Positions 19,279-23,281 of a stretch of DNA of 23,281 nt are shown here, one piece after another. The notes beneath the pieces were generated by a model, which was not told where the DNA came from, ran no database searches, and was given only the letters and a program-made list of their open reading frames with translations. The stretch is from Chlorokybus atmophyticus (lineage: Eukaryota; Plantae; Mesostigma and Chlorokybus algae). The stretch lies in contig RHPI01000575.1 of NCBI GenBank assembly GCA_009103225.1, forward strand, positions 1 through 23,281, read 5' to 3'. The position numbers and the translations under genes are program-made. Position 1 is the first letter of the stretch. Every line of letters starts with the position of its first letter.

Positions 19279-19507
19279 AGTCACCTTAATAAGACTGATG
19301 TGTAACTTACAGGTGCCCGTTGATTAGTTGTAGTCACCTAATAAGGCCTGATGTGTAACTAACAGTTGCCTGTAAATTACACAAAGTCATTTGTTAAGGC
19401 CTGGTGTGTGACTAACAGGTGCCTGTTAATTATGTAAAGTCACCTGTTAAGAATTAATAGGTAACTATCAGGCGCCTGTTAGTTAGGCATAGTCAACTGT
19501 TAAAGAC
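19279..19507 (+). repeat. Degenerate 53-bp tandem repeat, about 4.3 copies
   Basis: Units start AGTCA(C/T/A) at 19279, 19332, 19385, 19438, 19491 and share the core gtgtaact.acaggtgcc.gtt. Confidence 0.85.
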
Positions 19508-19940
19508 TAAATTGTAAAAAAAAGGGCCTTGCAGTAACGAAAGTTACTATTAGGTCCCTGTATCAAGATTACAGGTGGCCTGAGCCACGACAGTCTAAAT
19601 TAGCGTCCTCAGGTGCACGGCCGTTGCCAATATTTAGTCGGCCGGCAGGGAAAAAACATATTGCGATGTATGTACGGTGTGTCTGTGGACGTTTCACATA
19701 TTACTAATGTCTGCATGCTCCAGGTGTCGATAATATGTGCTTGATGAATCTCTTCCTCAAGTTGCCTACCGTTGTTGTTTGTAGACTATGCTTGCATAAC
19801 ATGAATTGGGGTGTGCATTCAAATGCATGTATGCGTGCTGCATGCATATGCAATGGTGGGCGTCGCCGTGGTTATGGCCGTGGCCATATACGTGCGACGC
19901 TAGCAACCTGCCTGCGTGCAATCGCATGCACCGGCCGCCC

Positions 19941-19958
19941 GGGGGGGNNNGGGGGGGG
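19941..19958. other. Poly-G tract containing 3 N (assembly uncertainty)
   Basis: G7-NNN-G8; N at 19948-19950. Confidence 0.95.
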
Positions 19959-20733
19959 AGGGGCAATTTCCACACCTGCCCTGGCAATCCTGCGAACTCA
20001 GGACGGTAAGAGCAGAGCAGGGCAGGACGCCAGAGTCACAAAAACAACAAATACAACTTGCCTAGACCTGCCGCCGCCGCCGTCACACCTCTTGGCCTAG
20101 CCTGACCTGGCTGCCTTGCCAACCAAGGGCGATCAGGTCAAGGCAACGGCGCAAAGACAAAACAAACATAGACCACGTAACTCACCGGGTCGTTGCCCCC
20201 ACAGCTGTCGCTCTGCGGGCGTGCCTAAGGCCCGCCGTTGCCGCCGCCGCCCCAAGCTGCTGGCCGCCACCTTCCACCGCTTCTCTGTCCGCCAAAGCAA
20301 TTCTACCGCTGGTCGCCCCTTGCGAGATGGCAGGGGATGTCGCAGCCAGGCATTGTAACGGCTAGGCTAGCTAGGGTAAGATGCCCTATTGTCGGACACC
20401 TTTGAACAACTAGCGGTGCGGCTGATTGGGCGGGATTGGGCCACCCGGCCGGCCGGGAGGCCGGCATAAGGGCACAAAGACACATTACGCGCACTGAGGG
20501 CCATCACACACGCCACCTGAGACTACATACCGAGCAGCCCGCCTGCCTCTCATTAGCTATGCGACGTTTTTTAGCTATCAGCCATTCGATTTGTGTTAAA
20601 CAAATCTCAACCTTCCAAAGCACATTCCCATATCGTGCGATTGCACAAAGTATATGTGAGTGAATAAATAAAAGAATCCATTTATTTTGAGCACAACATG
20701 CACGGTGCACATATGCGTCATGTGTGCGTTGTA

Positions 20734-21193
20734 CAGTCCACCCCCGCTAAAAGACTTTGCTCCAAGAGAATAACCTCGCTTGTAGCATACAATTTTGGAT
20801 CACCAACGATGCTACAGGCAACTGTTAGTGCTTAAGAGAATATGACTAACCGCGAAGAGCATATTATTTTTCATGACATTTTTGCAAATATAAGTGGGCA
20901 TATTCTTATCATTGAGGGAGTAGCGCATGGTGTGTTATCAGGCGTAATGAGTGTGACAGACAAGGCGTGATGGGGACAATGTCACGCGTAATTAACGTAA
21001 TGAGCGTGATGGCATAATACGTGACGTAATGCGCGTGATGTAATGGGTGTGATGGGCGTATTAAACCGCTTTATAGCATACAGATGCTCTTAATGTTCAA
21101 GAGCATATTATGCTCTTTATCGCCAAGAGCATAACCCCGCCACGAGCAAACTATCTTGAAAATAAACAGCATGCTCTTAAAAGGGGTAGATTG
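20734..21193. mobile_element. MITE-like element 1, CAGT-starting TIR, TA flanks (Tc1/mariner-like)
   Basis: TA|CAGTCCACCCC ... GGGGTAGATTG|TA (9/11 inverted match). Internal AAGAGCA/TGCTCTT and CGT(G/A)ATG motif arrays; non-coding. Confidence 0.65.
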
Positions 21194-21247
21194 TACAATA
21201 AATGTTTTAATGTAATTAGGTACGTACCACTATGTACCTTAACTGTA

Positions 21248-21678
21248 CAGTCTACCTCCGCTATAAAAATCACATGTATCTTTCAGCGTTCATTCCATCA
21301 ACGGGGTTATTCTCTTGGCGTTTATAATAATATATACTCTTTTACTTCTTACATAATATATATTTTACTAACAGGGGTTTCGCAAAATAACCGTAAGCCA
21401 CGTTATGTTTTAACGTGGCATAAATTGAATTGATAATTGTCAACACTAAATTAATTATGTACGTAACTATATATGAGTTTTGCAATATGTTTATGCTTAT
21501 AATATAAAAATAACATGCCATTAACGAGGTATTCCCCCGTAACAAGACTGAGCTCACACAAAATTTTAACCCTCCGTTGTAGTCTTATAGCGTACAAAAC
21601 TATTCCACTAATCGATGATGTTTGCCTGTAAAACCATTGTATTCTCATAAACCGAAGTCTTTCAATGGGGGTAGACTA
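21248..21678. mobile_element. MITE-like element 2, same TIR family
   Basis: TA|CAGTCTACCTCCGCTA ... AAGTCTTTCAATGGGGGTAGACTA|TA; the right end inverted matches the left end of element 1 (gtcyacccccnntraaagactt). AT-rich interior. Confidence 0.65.
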
Positions 21679-21680
21679 TA

Positions 21681-21814
21681 TAGTCTACCCTTTTGTAAGA
21701 GCATACTGTTATCCTCAAAATTCGTATGCTCTTGGCGACTAAGAGCATCATATGCTCTTGAACGTTAAGAGCATATACATGCTATAAGCGCAGATTCATT
21801 ACGCCCATCACGCC
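21681..21814 (-). mobile_element. Partial inverted copy of the right end of MITE 1
   Basis: Reverse complement aligns with about 21046-21193 (atgctcttaa.gttcaagagcata..atgctctt..tcgccaagagcata). It shares the TA at 21679-21680 with element 2, creating the palindrome 21669-21690. Confidence 0.7.
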
Positions 21815-23243
21815 TATTGGTCGGGCCGGCCGGCCTGTCGGCATTCAACCTACATCACACATCCCGCGCGAGGGCCATCACACGGCACCCGCGACTGCCG
21901 GGCTGCGCGGCAGTATGTGCGACCCGCCTGCTTCTCATTGGCTAGGAGGCGAGAACAAGCGTTACACCGTTAGATCTGCCTAAACACGATCCTGACCGTC
22001 TAAAGCACATCCAATTGTTCAAGCGCATGCCAATAAATGTAAAATATTTTACATTTATTGGCAGCACAGTTCTGCATGTTGATCATTTCAATGTGTTACA
22101 TCAATAATATTGATAAATATGTTGCAATATGGTGCAATATGGCTAGCAGCCTGCAGTTAAGTGTTACAACTCAATCTACCATAACGTTCAAGCCACGGTA
22201 TGTGCTGCAAAATATAGTGAGTAATGCCAAGCTTACAAACATAAACATAATGCTAACCTGAATTACCTTAACGTTAAGATTCAACCAAACGAAAAATTGC
22301 ATTGTTAGGCCACCATTTGGTCACACATGAATTTGATCAAATGGGATCGCAACGGTGACAACAGCCGTTGCTCAAAAAAGCAGAATAGTGGCCAATCATT
22401 GCACAGATGCATAAAAGATACTGAAAACAATCTCGGCGGCAACTGCTAGCTAACGGCAACCCAAAATCGCTAGCGATTTGGTGCAATTGCAGCACAGTTA
22501 GTGGTCAAAACGGCCGCGTTTTTGGCGGTACGAGGTCGGGGCAGGCCCCATACCCCAAAGACGTGCCGCCACTACTCACCCTCGTTCTAACTAATCCACT
22601 TTACCATGTAACGCTAATTGATTACACGCTATAGTTACTGCGTCATTAAACATGGTCAACAGCCGAATAAGGCCATAGCGGACGGTAGGGTAAGTGTACC
22701 ATAGTTCGGACACCTAATTAAGGACAGGTTTTGTTCTATGACCTCCATGGCTGTTGCTGGTGTGCGACGGTGCGTGGGAAGACGAGGAGTTGACGGGTGT
22801 TATAGACGTGACGGCATATTTTTTGGTGCCGTACAGCCATCACTACACAACCTCAAAGTGGGGAGTATGTGATATCCTGGCAAAACGGCTGTTGTCGTAA
22901 GTTCGGACTGCCCAAAATGGCTGCATTTCACCCTGCTGTGGCGGCCAATCGGTGTTGGGCAGGCTTCAGATTGCGCTGGCGTGCTGTGCTGACATGCTGT
23001 GACCCGTCACGACGCTGTCAACGCCGCCGCCATCGCCACTGGTGCGGGCAGCGTCTACCTTGCTGTTGTATGCCGTCCGAACATAGGCGAGGTTGCGGGT
23101 ATGTGCATGCTGGGCGTTGTTGTCGTGGCCGTGGTGGTGGCCGGTGGCGCCTTTGCGCAAGGGTCGTCGCCTGCTGGTAAGCTTGCAGAGATGCGCTTGG
23201 GTGTGTGTTCTGAACCTGTTTGCCTGCGTGAGAGTGCTGCGTG

Positions 23244-23245
<2 letters not shown>

Positions 23246-23281
<36 letters not shown>
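23246..23281 (+). repeat. (TG)n microsatellite
   Basis: 18 TG units running to the window end. Confidence 0.97.

Noticed and set aside
19279-19507. CRISPR-like periodic array
   Set aside because: The whole unit is repeated and degenerate with no unique spacers, the context is eukaryotic, and there are no cas genes.
5100-19700. Terminal inverted repeats of the Plavaka element (weak CCGGCCGA / TTG.CAAC similarity between about 5260 and about 19630)
   Set aside because: Matches are 8 bp or shorter and partly self-palindromic, with no CACT-type end or TSD; not supportable by eye.
21110-22261. Short AT-rich ORFs (21110-21433, 21342-21557, 21451-21648, 22058-22261)
   Set aside because: They lie within or beside MITEs, have atypical composition and show no motifs.
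22869-23246. Possible host exon on the minus strand (acceptor ctcacgcag near 23225, donor aag|gtagac near 23055) and overlapping ORFs
   Set aside because: Low-complexity translations in more than one open frame, no recognisable domain, no partner exon in the window.

Overview
Left chromosome end of a eukaryote with vertebrate-type (CCCTAA)n telomeres and short (about 70-115 nt) GT-AG introns. A green alga is my best guess (inference only); a fungus is not excluded. The window is almost entirely mobile DNA. (1) A DIRS-order tyrosine-recombinase retrotransposon (RT-RNaseH-methyltransferase plus an oppositely oriented YR, split direct repeats) is 5'-truncated and directly capped by the telomere (84-4645). 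(2) A Helitron-like 3' terminus lies at 4887-4918. (3) A 13-kb, five-gene, intron-containing cluster (5649-18845) is built around a Plavaka/CMC-type transposase. It also carries a Tudor + phage-type C5 cytosine methyltransferase, a predicted ~1100-aa ZnF-OTU deubiquitinase-RING protein, and two orphan genes. The three main genes begin with the same CPxC..H..C finger, and the intergenic promoters share GTAC-rich palindromes. This cluster is the main candidate for an undescribed system: a large DNA transposon with its own chromatin/ubiquitin-modifying toolkit. This copy carries frameshifts and nonsense lesions, and its termini were not found. (4) The right end has a 53-bp minisatellite, a cluster of TA-flanked MITE-like elements, and a (TG)n microsatellite. 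All domain calls come from motif recognition by eye, not database searches.
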